Shown here: piece by piece, positions 1 through 11,170 of the stretch
How the letters are laid out: every line of letters begins with the position of its first letter
Position numbering within the stretch: the stretch's first letter is position 1
NCBI GenBank assembly: GCA_964019335.1
Contig: OZ025702.1
Coordinates: 186,001-250,000 of the forward strand
Direction of reading: 5' to 3'
DNA length: 64,000 nt
Origin: Diplonema japonicum
Taxonomy: Eukaryota; Protista; Euglenozoa: Diplonemea
Position numbers and translations under genes: made by a program
The notes under the pieces: generated by a model
Told to the model about the DNA's origin: nothing
The model's input: only the letters and a program-made list of their open reading frames with translations
The model's database searches: none

Positions 1-1
1 G

Positions 2-904
2 CTAGATAGGTTGGTCGAGGCAGAGGGCGTGGAAGGGAGGATCTTGGCAAAGCTGGACATGCTGAACCCTGGGTTCAGCAAAAAGGACAGAGCGGCCTTG
101 CAGATCATAACCGACGCAGAGGAGCAAGGCTTGCTCAAGAAAGGAACACCTGTAGTAGAACTGACCAGTGGAAACATGGGAACAGGCCTGGCCATTGTGT
201 GCAGAAACAAAGGATACCGGTTCATAGCGGTTATGAGCAAAGGCAACAGTGAAGAAAGAAGGCGGATGATGAAGGCACTGGGGGCAGAGGTCATCATGGT
301 AGACCAGCTACGTGAATCCAAACCCGGTCACGTCTCTGGAGGTGACCTAGCACTCGTCGAAAAAGAAGCCACGCTCCTTACAGAAAAACTGCACGCTTTT
401 CGCGCCGATCAGTTCAACAGAGTCGGCAACCTTCGAGCCCACTACCTAACAACAGGCCCAGAGTACTGGGAACAAAGCAACGGCACAATCGATGCCTGGT
501 GTGATTTTGTAGGCTCCGGGGGTACGTATGCTGGTGTAACGAAATACCTCAAAGAGCAGAACTCCGAAATCAAGTGCTACATCATCGAGCCAGTCGGTGC
601 TGCTGCCATCAAGGGCGAGGCTATTGTGAATGTGGACCACCCCATACAGGGTGGTGGGTACGTGATCCCCGATCTTGCATTTTTGAGGCAAGTCCCGTGT
701 GATGGGCATTTAACGGTTTCGGGCAAGGAGGCCTCTCATTACACGAGACTCCTTGCTTACGAGGAAGGCATCTTTGCAGGGTTTTCTTCGGGTGCAAACC
801 TCGCTGGTGCGCTTGCCCTTCTCAGAGGACCTCTTCGGGGCAAGACTGTCGCGATCATGATCTGTGACTCGGGTTTGAAATACTTAAGCACTTCACTGTG
901 GTAA
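2..904 (+). CDS. PLP-dependent cysteine synthase family protein (5' end truncated by window edge)
   Basis: Motifs KLDMLNPGFSKKDR (PLP lysine), ELTSGNMG, VGSGGT and EGIFAGFSSGAN; frame is open from base 2; no introns in the visible part. Confidence 0.9.
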   Translation, partial: LDRLVEAEGVEGRILAKLDMLNPGFSKKDRAALQIITDAEEQGLLKKGTPVVELTSGNMGTGLAIVCRNKGYRFIAVMSKGNSEERRRMMKALGAEVIMVDQLRESKPGHVSGGDLALVEKEATLLTEKLHAFRADQFNRVGNLRAHYLTTGPEYWEQSNGTIDAWCDFVGSGGTYAGVTKYLKEQNSEIKCYIIEPVGAAAIKGEAIVNVDHPIQGGGYVIPDLAFLRQVPCDGHLTVSGKEASHYTRLLAYEEGIFAGFSSGANLAGALALLRGPLRGKTVAIMICDSGLKYLSTSLW

Positions 905-946
905 GGGAGGGGGAGTTGATAAACGTGTGTTTTAAAGTTTGCATTG

Positions 947-981
<35 letters not shown>

Positions 982-1046
982 CCCCTTCGGAAAATTTCCA
1001 ATATTCTTTTTATAATCAAAAAGGACACACCCGAAAAGAAAAAAAA

Positions 1047-1443
1047 ATGGTAAAATCAGCGTTGAAGGAAAAGGGGGCACCGAAGGGAGACGAAAAGGTT
1101 GTGAAGAAGGAAAGCAAAAAAGTTACCGTGGAAGGCGGAAAGAAGAAGAAAATCCAGAAGGAAAGGAGGGTGGTGAAGGACAAGAAAAATGGAGTGCTGT
1201 ATATCGGTCACATCCCCCACGGTTACTATGAGGGCCCGATGAGGACTTTTCTGAGCCAGTACGGGAAAATCAAGAGGTTGAGGCTGTCGAGGTCAAAGAA
1301 GTCGGGAGCGTCAAAGGGTATTAAATTACACGAAAACAAAAAAAAAAAAAAGGATACGGGTTTGTTCAGTTTGAAGATCCAGAAGTAGCTGCTGCAGTGG
1401 CGGAAGAACTCAACGGTCAATATGTAACAGGCAAGGTGTGTGT

Positions 1444-1488
<45 letters not shown>

Positions 1489-1951
1489 CCTCGAATTTTT
1501 TTCTCTTCCCCTCAGGTACTCAAAGTTGACCCTATGGACCCTGAGCAAGTGCACAAAAACCTTTGGAAAGGTCTTAAGGTCAAAACTCTTATGAGGAAGG
1601 ATGCCGACATCCGAATTAACGGGCACATACAGCATCATATTGAACTGGCCAAAAAGTCAATGGAACAAACATTGATGGAAAGTATTGCGACGGAAAGGCA
1701 GATAAACAAGAAACTGGGGGCAAAGGGCATCACATACAAATTCACCGGGTTCGAGGACCAGCTGAAGGTACTTGGAGTGGAGGTATGGAAATTGGGTTTA
1801 AAAAAAAAAAAAATTCTCATTTCAGTACGTCCCCAAAGCGAAAAAAACCGACGCCACCTCCGCAGGAAAACAGGCAAAGGCGGCTCCCATTGCTGCTGCG
1901 GTTGCAGCAGCAACACCCGCTCCCAAAAAAGCCAAAAAATCAAAGAAATAG
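1047..1951 (+). CDS. Nucleolar RRM protein, Nop15/NIFK(MKI67IP)-like; exons 1047-1317, 1353-1435, 1516-1782, 1826-1951
   Basis: [14 protein letters not shown]...[23 protein letters not shown] after splicing three GT-AG introns; Lys-rich termini. Confidence 0.85.
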
Positions 1952-2240
1952 TTTTTTATTTTTATTCCTTTTTCCGTTCTCCGCAAAACTCATTTTTTTT
2001 CCCCACCCCTTTCCATTATAGTTTGTCAAAACAGTGAAATAAAAAAAATAAAAAAAAGAGAAGATCATCATATCAAAGGTGTCCCGGCACTACCATTCCC
2101 CCCCTTTTTTTTTTCAATTTTCTTTCTTCCTTCGCCCCCTGCCTTTTGTTTTATATGTCAAGACCTATTATTATTATTTTTTTCCACTTCATGCCTCCAT
2201 GTGAGAAAGAAAAAAAAAAAGGAAGGGGGTTAAAAAAAAA

Positions 2241-3278
2241 ATGATGGAGTCAGACTCATTCAACGAACAGCCTCCCAAAGCGGAGGAAGAAGCGGAAGAA
2301 GTTAAAGAAGAGGAAAAGGAAGAACAAGAGGAAGCGACCCCGGTTACAGAGGAAACGTTGAAAGAAGCAGCGGCAATGGAGGTCCCGGAGGTCGAAACAA
2401 AACACAGCGACCCCGTACACAACGAAACGGTAGAGGACGAAAAAAGACAGATGATGCCCGAGGCAAATGCATTCTACACAGATAGCGCGTTGTTCCTTCC
2501 CCTGGAGAAAGACACGCTCAAATTTGAAATTTTGCGGACATTTTGCCAAGACAATGTGTGGTACTACGAGATTACAATTGTGTCAACCCTTCCTCTGTAC
2601 GTCTCGTCAGGCTGCAACACGGAAAAAATTGTTAAAAAATGCCCGTTTAGATACTCTCGAATGGAGTGGCTTCGCACTGCCATGGCCCACGTGTACCCCT
2701 CTGTTATAATCCCGCCTGTTCCTCCAAAGGACATTTCACACACAGCTGATAAACTTGTTGGGTTCATGGGAGGTGTCGAAGAAGAAGAATGCCCTCCACT
2801 CCTCGTCCTGGAACGAAAACGGGAGCTCGAGTATTTTTTGAACTACCTCGCGTCCCACCCTGCTCTCAGAGAGTCGACTCTCCTTCGCGATTTTTTGTAT
2901 TGTCAGGAAAGCGAGTTCCCCGCATTCAAAGACCGGGTCACCCAACAGTACCAATCACAAGCCTTGTCATTCTCCGACACCACCAGAAATATGTCATACA
3001 AAACTAAATCAGCGTTTGGGTGGTTGAAGGCTAAGGTGTCTAAGAAAGACACCACTAAAGAACAGGCTCAGATCGCAGAGTACCAGCCCCTCGTGGTGTG
3101 GATGAAGCAGATGCACAAGATGGTCGACGACATCCGGGCGAAGCTGGAGGTGCTCTACCTGCAGAAGATATCCAGAACGGACGAAAAGTTCCCCTTCCAT
3201 GGAACCCTTCCTGCCAGTGAATGGTCTGCTAGGCAGATGCGACCCGAATATGTTAAAAAAGGGACAAAGTATGTTTTG

Positions 3279-3311
<33 letters not shown>

Positions 3312-4090
3312 GTACAGTCAAGACAGGGCCATTTTGGTATGGCGATGTGGACTGGGAAGTTACCGAAAAGTGTATGTGAACAGAAAGAAAAAAGAAGAAA
3401 AAAAAAAAAAAGAAGAAAAAAAAAAAAAAACAGTCGGATGAGCTCACGGTTGGGGTAGAATGGGATGATGGTCTTCTTGGAAACTGCGACGGCGACCACA
3501 ACGGGGTGAAATATTTCCAGTGCAATAAGAAAAATTCCGGTGTGCTTTTTTTGTCCCCCTCCTCTATCACCCCTCCCCCTACAGGCAGCTTCATGAACGT
3601 GAAAGACCTTGTGATCCCCCTCCCAAGAGACAGTGTGGTGGACGCGCTCGACTCCACTCTTGTGGTGGTGAACAATATGCTGCGCACCTTGAGGATCGAT
3701 CAGGAGAGGAGACTGTTCTACATGCTAAGTGACCTTCAGATTGCCAGAGGGTGGCTGGAGGCACTGCAGAAGTGCATTGACCACCTCACTACAGAAAACC
3801 TCACCCAGCTCAGCATCAAGGAGGAGCTTAGGGCGGCCGAGAACTCCAAGAAAGAAGATGTGTCAGGGGAACTCGAACTCAAAGACAGGCTTGAAAAACT
3901 CTTGTCTCACATTGAGGCGGAGCGCAAGACCTTCAAAGCAGAAACCGACCGCTTGCGCTCGACTTACTCCGCCCTCTGGAGGGGCATCCTCTCTAACTAC
4001 TGCCACTACAACAAGTATTGCGAAATCCGGCCTGGGATCGACACCAGTATACTGAATGCGGCGAGCGGCATTGAAACGCCTTGGGAATGA
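2241..4090 (+). CDS. PX-domain (sorting nexin-like) protein with internal CAP-Gly domain and C-terminal coiled coil; exons 2241-3268, 3311-3371, 3434-4090
   Basis: PX motifs FRYS..EWLR..M...YP..IIPPVPPK and ERKRELEYFLNYLASHP.L; spliced frame gives GVEWDDGLLGNCDGDHNGVKYFQC (CAP-Gly). Confidence 0.8.
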
Positions 4091-4492
4091 AGGAGAGAGG
4101 AAGAACGGAAAATGAAAGTGTAATACCACCCCCTCTCCCTCTCCCCCCCTCTCCCGTGTGATTTTTTTTTTTTTTTTGTTTGTTTGTTTCTTTTTCAAAG
4201 CTTTCCTTCATTTCTTTCCCTACGACGAAATTAGCACACGGTGCCCGTGCAGGCCTCATTCCCAAAGTTCGCTCAATACTTTTGGTGCAGTTGGAGAGAG
4301 AGAGAGAGAGGAGGGGGGGGGGGGGGGGGGGGGGAAGGCAGAAGAGGAAACTGCTGTTTTCTCCCCCCGGGCACGATAGGATCGGTCCTCACGGAACGAC
4401 GATCACAAAAAAAAAAAAAATGGGGCTAAACCCAATTGGGCCGAGCGCAAAACGCATGGCTTAGTAAAAAAAAAAGGAGAGGGGTTGTTGGA

Positions 4493-4523
<31 letters not shown>

Positions 4524-4705
4524 AAAAAACCGAAGCAAAATTTTCTCCCCCCCCCCTTATTTGTTTGTGTGCCACTACCATATCCCCCATTTTTTTTTTT
4601 TTTTTTTCCTTGTTTGCCCCCTCAATTTTTTATAAAAGAAAGCAAGCAAAAAAAAGGGGGGGGGAAGAGGCGGGTAGAAACCCAACAAAAAAAAAAAAAA
4701 AAAAA

Positions 4706-5653
4706 ATGTTAAAAGTTCAAAACAACAGGCTGGACGCCCAGCGTGTGACAGCATTGATACAGGCTAATTGGCCGAAAAATGAGAGCGCGGCATTTGACGG
4801 GACGATGGAGGCTTGCGAGGATGTCGCGCTGCCGAAGCTGGCGAGCGAACCGAGCAAAGACCTCTCATTTTTATCCAAAAGCGACCTGTACCAGGGACCG
4901 TGCCCAGAGGGGGTGAACAGGGATGTAATGCGGTTGTTTAAAAAAAGCCATGTGAGGACACCACTTGTATGGCACTCTACTGAAATCCAAAGCAGTTCAT
5001 GGCACAAAATGTCTGACCTTGACGGCGAGCCCTATGACTCCATTAGAAAGTTAGCAGAACCCCTCGGCATCGAGATAGACTGGGTACGCCTGGGAACAAT
5101 AACAGAAGCTGTCCACGAGGAATGCTTGGCGAAGCTAAGCAGTGCTTTAAACGAAGGGAAGTGGCTCTACATTGTCGAAAAATCATTCCCCCACCAGGAG
5201 CTGTACCGAGAGATAGGTCGTAGGCTCATCACCCTTGAACCAGAAGCTTTGGAATACCCTTTTCGTGAGAGATTCCGTCTTTGGGTGAAGATGGAAACAG
5301 GGCCGGAAGAAGTCATCAACCTGAACGCGAACTCCGGAAACCACTTTCCCCGAATCTTCCTTCAAAACGTAATCGTGTCCAGCAAAAGAAAAACCCTCGT
5401 CAAAGGCGCCGGTACGCGGAAGATCGCCGTTCCAAAACCGAGCGACCCTTACGGCCACCCGGAGTTCCAAGACAGCTACAACACCGCCACGCAAAAGCAG
5501 CTGATCAGAACTATGAAGGGGAAGGACAGCGACGATGAATCGGACAACGACTGGCTTGAAGACCCAAACTGCCCGCACAACATTGACCATTTCATACGCG
5601 CAAACGACTTCGCACAGTCAGCCCAGAAATACAGCTTGCTTCATCCTGAGTGA
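4706..5653 (+). CDS. Protein with stand-alone dynein heavy chain AAA6 (D6 P-loop)-like domain
   Basis: ATG follows an A-run; RTPLV...EPYDSIRKLAE...VRLG...ALNEGKWLYI...FRLWV...FPRIFLQNVI parallels the dynein D6 pattern (PLIF..DP...LA..SLG..A..G.W..FRLWL..FP..ILQNS). Confidence 0.6.
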   Translation: MLKVQNNRLDAQRVTALIQANWPKNESAAFDGTMEACEDVALPKLASEPSKDLSFLSKSDLYQGPCPEGVNRDVMRLFKKSHVRTPLVWHSTEIQSSSWHKMSDLDGEPYDSIRKLAEPLGIEIDWVRLGTITEAVHEECLAKLSSALNEGKWLYIVEKSFPHQELYREIGRRLITLEPEALEYPFRERFRLWVKMETGPEEVINLNANSGNHFPRIFLQNVIVSSKRKTLVKGAGTRKIAVPKPSDPYGHPEFQDSYNTATQKQLIRTMKGKDSDDESDNDWLEDPNCPHNIDHFIRANDFAQSAQKYSLLHPE

Positions 5654-5843
5654 AGGGATGAAAAAAAAAAAAAAGAAAAGAAAAGAAGACCTTTCCAGGT
5701 TTTGTTTATTTTATTTTTTTTCATTTTTTTTTTTCATCCGATGTAGATACAGGAGAAGCGTCCTTTTTTTCCCCCCTTTTTTTCTTCTTTTTTTCCTTTT
5801 GTATATCCGAGCGGTCAACACACGAAAAGGGGGGAACCCCGCT

Positions 5844-5895
5844 CTGATTACGTCCCTGCCATTTGTACACACCGCCCGTCGTTGCTACCGATTGG
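5844..5895 (+). rRNA. Isolated ~50-bp fragment of 18S (SSU) rRNA 3' conserved region (pseudogenic fragment)
   Basis: GATTACGTCCCTGCCATTTGTACACACCGCCCGTCGTTGCTACCGATTGG matches the universal SSU segment just upstream of V9; flanks are not rDNA. Confidence 0.85.
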
Positions 5896-5947
5896 CTGTG
5901 GGATAGAGCTGGGGGGAGGGTGTCTCTCTGGGCTCCCTTAAAAAAAA

Positions 5948-8041
5948 ATGTTCGGGACATACGATTTCACTAAGAACTACCCCAACGGGGACAAATACAA
6001 AGGCGAGGCCATTGAGAATGGCATTCGGCACGGGAAGGGCGTCTTCGCATGGGGCGACACAGGGAACACTTACCAAGGGCAGTGGGTGAAGGGCGTAATG
6101 GACGGGGAAGGCATATACGTGAGCAAGAGCGACGGGTTCGAATACCACGGCGCGTTCAAAAAAGGACTGCGACACGGGAGGGGAAAATGCAAGTGGGAAG
6201 GGAAAACATATGAAGGCGACTGGCACCAAGGCGAACGAACCGGGACAGGAGAGGAAACCACAGACCACCTCACCTACAAAGGCGGGTTTTTCAAAGAAAA
6301 ATACCACGGCGAGGGAACCGCAACCTACAACACCGACGACTCCTACACCGGAAACTGGTCCGAAGGGAAGTGGTCGGGGAACGGCAAACTTTGGAAAAAC
6401 TCTGAAAAACTAACCTACACAGGAACCTTCACCAACGGCGAACCAACAGGGACAGGCGAGCTCACATACCCCTCGATTCTCAACTACACAGGACAGGTCC
6501 TGCAACTTACACCCCACGGCGTCGGGTGCATGAAATATCTATCAGGCGAACAGTTCAAAGGAACATTCTCCAACGGCCTCCGACACGGAAACGGCGAAGC
6601 TTGGGACGAAACCTGGAAGTACACAGGCAGATGGGAAAACGACAAAAAACACGGACCAGGCAGAATCGAAACCCAAACCCTGACCTACAAAGGCTCCTTC
6701 AAACACGATACCATGGACGGGGAAGGCGAGGCCTCTTCCACCGACGACACCTGGACATACAAAGGAAGATGGCTCAACGGCGCCTTCCACGGCCGTGGTA
6801 AAATATCCCGCAAAAAAACCGTCTTCAAAACGACAGATTTATCAACTGGTATTTTGAGTATTACAAACACCTCATATGAATACACCGGAGATTTTAAAGC
6901 CGGGCTCGAATCTGGGGAGGGGTCCGCGTCCTTCCCGATGTCGAATCAGTCCCACACCGGGCAGTGGGAAAACGGGAAGATGAACGGAAAAGGAACAATG
7001 CACCAAGGAAAACTATTTTACACCGGGGTGTTCGAGGACAACTACCTCCACGGCAAAGGCGAGGTCGAGAGGAGCAATCACAGCTATAAAGGCGACTTCA
7101 AAAAAGGGGTGTACCATGGCACCGGGGAACTTGTCATGACGAACAAAGACAGATACACCGGCGGCTTTGAAAATGGGATGTTTCACGGGATCGGAACCTG
7201 GTACCAAGAGGAAACCTCAGACAGCTACAAAGGAGAATGGACGAAAGGAATGAAATACGGTGAAGGCATTGAAATCAAGTACGGGGACTACCATTACTCA
7301 GGCAGGTTCAAGGACGGCCTTCGCGATGGCTACGGCACGATAAAATTCACCAACGGCGACACTTACGTCGGTGGGTTCCTCAACGGGTTGTACCACTCTG
7401 AAGGACACCTCACATTCTCGAACGGATCCAGCTACAAAGGTTTTTTCCACCTAGGCAAGCGACACGGCACCGGAGAAGAACAACTCCCGTCGGGTGCAAC
7501 CTACAAAGGCACTTACGAGGACGACATGTGGAAGGGCAAGGGCATCCTAACTCACACAAACAGCGACAGATACGAAGGAGAATTTTTAAACGGCAAGAAA
7601 AACGGGACCGGCATGCTGTACTTTGCAGAGGGTTCCAGGTTGTCGTGCAACTGGGTGGATGACGTGCTGCACGGGCAGGGTGAGTATCATTATGCTTACG
7701 AATCATCGCCCCCTACGATCCGAACCTACCACCAAGGCACCCTAGTCGAGGAAGGCTTGTCTGCATCTGTGTCTATATTAGACCCCCCTGTGGCTCCCTC
7801 TACCCTTTCTCCTGAGAAATCCGTGTCGCTAGGCAGCGTGCGCACAAAAACCGCAGTAGAGTCGGACCACAAGGAGGCTTTGCACACGCTTACCGAGCAG
7901 ATGAGCGATCTGCAGGAACAGTTGACGGACACGAATTTGACCCCCTCGCAAAGCTTTGCCCTGAAGAAAAAAATCGCGGTGGTGAGGTCGCAACTGCTCA
8001 AGGAGGAGCGGGGATACAAGAGCGCCATCAAAAGCTACTAG
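5948..8041 (+). CDS. MORN repeat-containing protein
   Basis: More than 20 YxGx(W/F)xxGxxxGxG repeats and a short C-terminal coiled coil. Confidence 0.95.
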   Translation: MFGTYDFTKNYPNGDKYKGEAIENGIRHGKGVFAWGDTGNTYQGQWVKGVMDGEGIYVSKSDGFEYHGAFKKGLRHGRGKCKWEGKTYEGDWHQGERTGTGEETTDHLTYKGGFFKEKYHGEGTATYNTDDSYTGNWSEGKWSGNGKLWKNSEKLTYTGTFTNGEPTGTGELTYPSILNYTGQVLQLTPHGVGCMKYLSGEQFKGTFSNGLRHGNGEAWDETWKYTGRWENDKKHGPGRIETQTLTYKGSFKHDTMDGEGEASSTDDTWTYKGRWLNGAFHGRGKISRKKTVFKTTDLSTGILSITNTSYEYTGDFKAGLESGEGSASFPMSNQSHTGQWENGKMNGKGTMHQGKLFYTGVFEDNYLHGKGEVERSNHSYKGDFKKGVYHGTGELVMTNKDRYTGGFENGMFHGIGTWYQEETSDSYKGEWTKGMKYGEGIEIKYGDYHYSGRFKDGLRDGYGTIKFTNGDTYVGGFLNGLYHSEGHLTFSNGSSYKGFFHLGKRHGTGEEQLPSGATYKGTYEDDMWKGKGILTHTNSDRYEGEFLNGKKNGTGMLYFAEGSRLSCNWVDDVLHGQGEYHYAYESSPPTIRTYHQGTLVEEGLSASVSILDPPVAPSTLSPEKSVSLGSVRTKTAVESDHKEALHTLTEQMSDLQEQLTDTNLTPSQSFALKKKIAVVRSQLLKEERGYKSAIKSY

Positions 8042-8208
8042 ATCTTTTTTTTTTTTTTTTTTCCTTCTCCACCTGTTATTTTCCTCTTTTTTTTTTCTTC
8101 TTTTTTTCTTTTCGGAAGACTTTCGCAATTTTAAAGAAGAAAAAAAAAAAAGAAAGGAAGGGAGAGGAGGAAACGGAGAAAGGGAGAAACGAAAAAGAAT
8201 TTAAAAAA

Positions 8209-8778
8209 ATGCAAAGAAATCTGATTAGAGGTGTGGTGTTGCGTGTGGCGAACGAACGGGGGTGCAGGTTGCTGCCTGCAAGACGGTGGTGCAGTAGCAA
8301 GGAGTCTTTTAGTAATGAGAACACCTCAGCCGATTTGAAAACAGACAGGGAGGTGACAAGAGACACCTCATTCATGGTATGGGGGAAAAGAGAACAAAAA
8401 ACCCCTATTCACCCCACTAGGTTCCCGTGAGGTTTTTTATGTACATGGCGGCGGCGGGTATTGGGGCTTGTGTTTTTGTGTTCTCCTATAGGTTTTACTA
8501 CACATATAGTGTTGTCTCGCCTATGAGGAAAAGAATGCTCACTGACCCTGAAATGGAGGTATTCCCCCTCTTTTTTTTTCCCCCTCTAAAATGACACCCA
8601 GGGTCTTGCAACGAGAGATTATGACGACGCCCAATCATCCCGAAGCAGGCAAAGGGTCAAAGACGAGGGTCTCATGCTTGTGTGGGTGCCATGGCCGCTA
8701 TCTATGTGGGGCTATCGGAAGATTCCCCCCCCGACCCCTGAGTCACGGCCTCAGGGCGGGTCAGGCGGTGGTGTTTAG
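8209..8778 (+). CDS. Small single-pass membrane protein with probable mitochondrial presequence (160 aa); exons 8209-8376, 8421-8558, 8602-8778
   Basis: Arg-rich N-terminus (MQRNLIRGVVLR...RRWCSS); two phase-0 GT-AG introns join a continuous frame with a hydrophobic segment. Confidence 0.65.
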
Positions 8779-8846
8779 TCATCAGTGTTGCAATTTGTTT
8801 CCCCAATCCCTCTTCTTCACCACAGTGTTTGTTCAAGGCAGCAACA

Positions 8847-8885
<39 letters not shown>

Positions 8886-8888
<3 letters not shown>

Positions 8889-10214
8889 TTTGCTGTCACA
8901 GTTTTGTTATGTGCTGCGGCGATTTCCGTGCCACCCCCGAATCCCATTATTCAAGCTGCACCCCTGATGAAGCTGGTTAATCAGACCACAACAGGGAAGC
9001 TGTACACAATTGACCAGGGCACTGTACACCTGAAGGTTCTCCACATATGGGGAAGGCCCGAGGAGCTCGGCTACGCGCAAGGGTACTTACTCGCGAAGGA
9101 CATCTACCAGTTCATGGTGGTGGAGCTCGACAAATTCTACGCCGAGCTCGCGGATCAAATCCCCCTGGGGGACCTTCCCGCGTGGCTGCAGAAAGACATC
9201 CAAAACGCTATTGGGAGCGAGCTGGTTCCTGTAATGCACAAGGCTTTGGCTTATGTGTACGATAGAGAGCTTTATCACATCCTGCTGTCGGAATCATCCC
9301 CGTCAACAGAGGCCGACACCATGGCACGCGGGATGTGCGACTCGGGTGTGATCTTCAACTGCAGTGTGAACGAGATCGCAAAAGTCATCAAGCACAGCAA
9401 CATGCTCCCGGAGCTCATCCGCATGACCTGCTCCATGATGGGCGCATGGGGCAAAGCCACCCCAACGGGTAAGCTCACCCAGCTCCGCACTCTTGACTTC
9501 GGTACAGGTCCGTTCGCTTCCTACTCAACGCTCACTGTGTACCACCCTTTGACAGGGTTTAACTGGGCGAACATCGGGTTCCCTGGGTTCGTGGGTTCGG
9601 TAACAGGTTTCTCTGAACATGTTGCTTTGTCTGAAAAAGTTTGGGAACACTACGGGCCAGGGAAAGACACCCAACCAGGGCACTACGACGGGCTACCAGT
9701 GACGGGGGTCATCAGGAATATTCTGCAGTACTCCGCAACGAAAGAACAAGCGCACAACTACGCGCTTGACCATAAAAGGACGTGGGGGGTGTTCATGGGA
9801 GTCGGCGACGATTCGAGCCAGCAGTTCAAAGCGATTGGGTACAGGGAGGCAGACTGCAAGTGGTACGGTGACAACAATATCACGATGATCACGAACTTTA
9901 CTACAGTTGAGGGTGTGACTTACATCGACAAGCACCCGCAGCCCTCTCACGACCGCACCACCATGCCAGGGCTTGTGAACACATGGTACGGCAACCTCAC
10001 TGCTGTTAACGTTGTGCAGAACTTCCCCAGATTCGAGAAGTCCGGCGACGTACATGCTGCCGTTTTCGACTACGGGAACAAAAAGACCTACATGGCTTTC
10101 GGTGTTGTGGATGCCAATGGTCAATACGGTCCTAATGACGAGGGTTTCGCCTGCTACCAGCCGTTCCTTGAGTTTGACCAAACTGCTCTTTGGAACGAGC
10201 CCAGGCCTTTGTAG
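8886..10214 (+). CDS. Secreted Ntn-hydrolase, acid ceramidase-like / peptidase C45 (Dcd1-like)
   Basis: Signal peptide MFAVTVLLCAAA; ELIRMT-CSMMGAWG nucleophile site; QLRTLDFG; GFPGFVGSVTG. Confidence 0.8.
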
Positions 10215-10468
10215 ACGAGTTTCTTTTGTACACGAGTTTTTTTTTCTCTCTTCAACCTTGCCTATCTCTTTGTGTGGCGTCAAATAACGTAACTATTTTT
10301 TGCTTCGGCTATTATTCCCCCCTTTTTTTTTGTTTCGTTGTAAAGCCGATAAGGTAAGGGAGGGGAAAAAAACGAAACAGGCTACACTTTTTTTAAGGGT
10401 GTTTAGTTGGCCTTCTTAGCCGCTTGAAAAAGGAAAAAAAAAAAAAAAACTTTTGAATTTGACATAAA

Positions 10469-11121
10469 ATGGGGCTTCTATCGTTATTGAGAAAAATGAA
10501 GAGGAGGTATGACACAAGAAGCGAACAAAGAAAAAAAAAAAAAAAAAAAAGTGACAAAGAGCCGAGGGTGCTTATCCTTGGTCTTGACAACGCGGGGAAG
10601 ACTACCATTGTGAAGAAGCTCTCACAGGAGGACATCACGCAGATCTGTCCCACCCAGGGTTTCAACATAAAATCCCTCGACCACGATGGTGTCAAGCTGA
10701 ACATGTGGGACATCGGTGGGCAGAAAACCATCAGGACATACTGGAGGAACTACTTTGACGAGACCGACTGCCTCATCTATGTTGTTGATTCCGCCGACAA
10801 AAACAGGTGTGTAAGACGAAGTTCCTCAACCCCCTTAGGATCATCGACACCGGCGATGAGCTCACCCGCCTCCTTGAGGAAGAGAAACTTGGTGGTGTCC
10901 CTGTCCTTGTTTTCGCCAACAAACAGGTTTGTAAGGGTGAAAAATAATTGCTCCCGGCGGGGTTTGAACCCGCGATCCCAGGCTCATAAGACCTGTGCCT
11001 TAACCACTAGGCCACGAGAGCTTCGCGTTTTCGCGGGGGTCCTATTCTTGTAAAATGTATAGCAACTCGTGCTTTGTTTTATTATTGCGTTATCGACGTG
11101 TGCAACTTCTCGTAGCCGCTT

Positions 11122-11170
<49 letters not shown>

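Noticed and set aside
10949-11021. tRNA-Met (CAT visible on the plus strand)
   Set aside because: The gene is on the minus strand, where the loop reads CT-TAT-GA, i.e. Ile.
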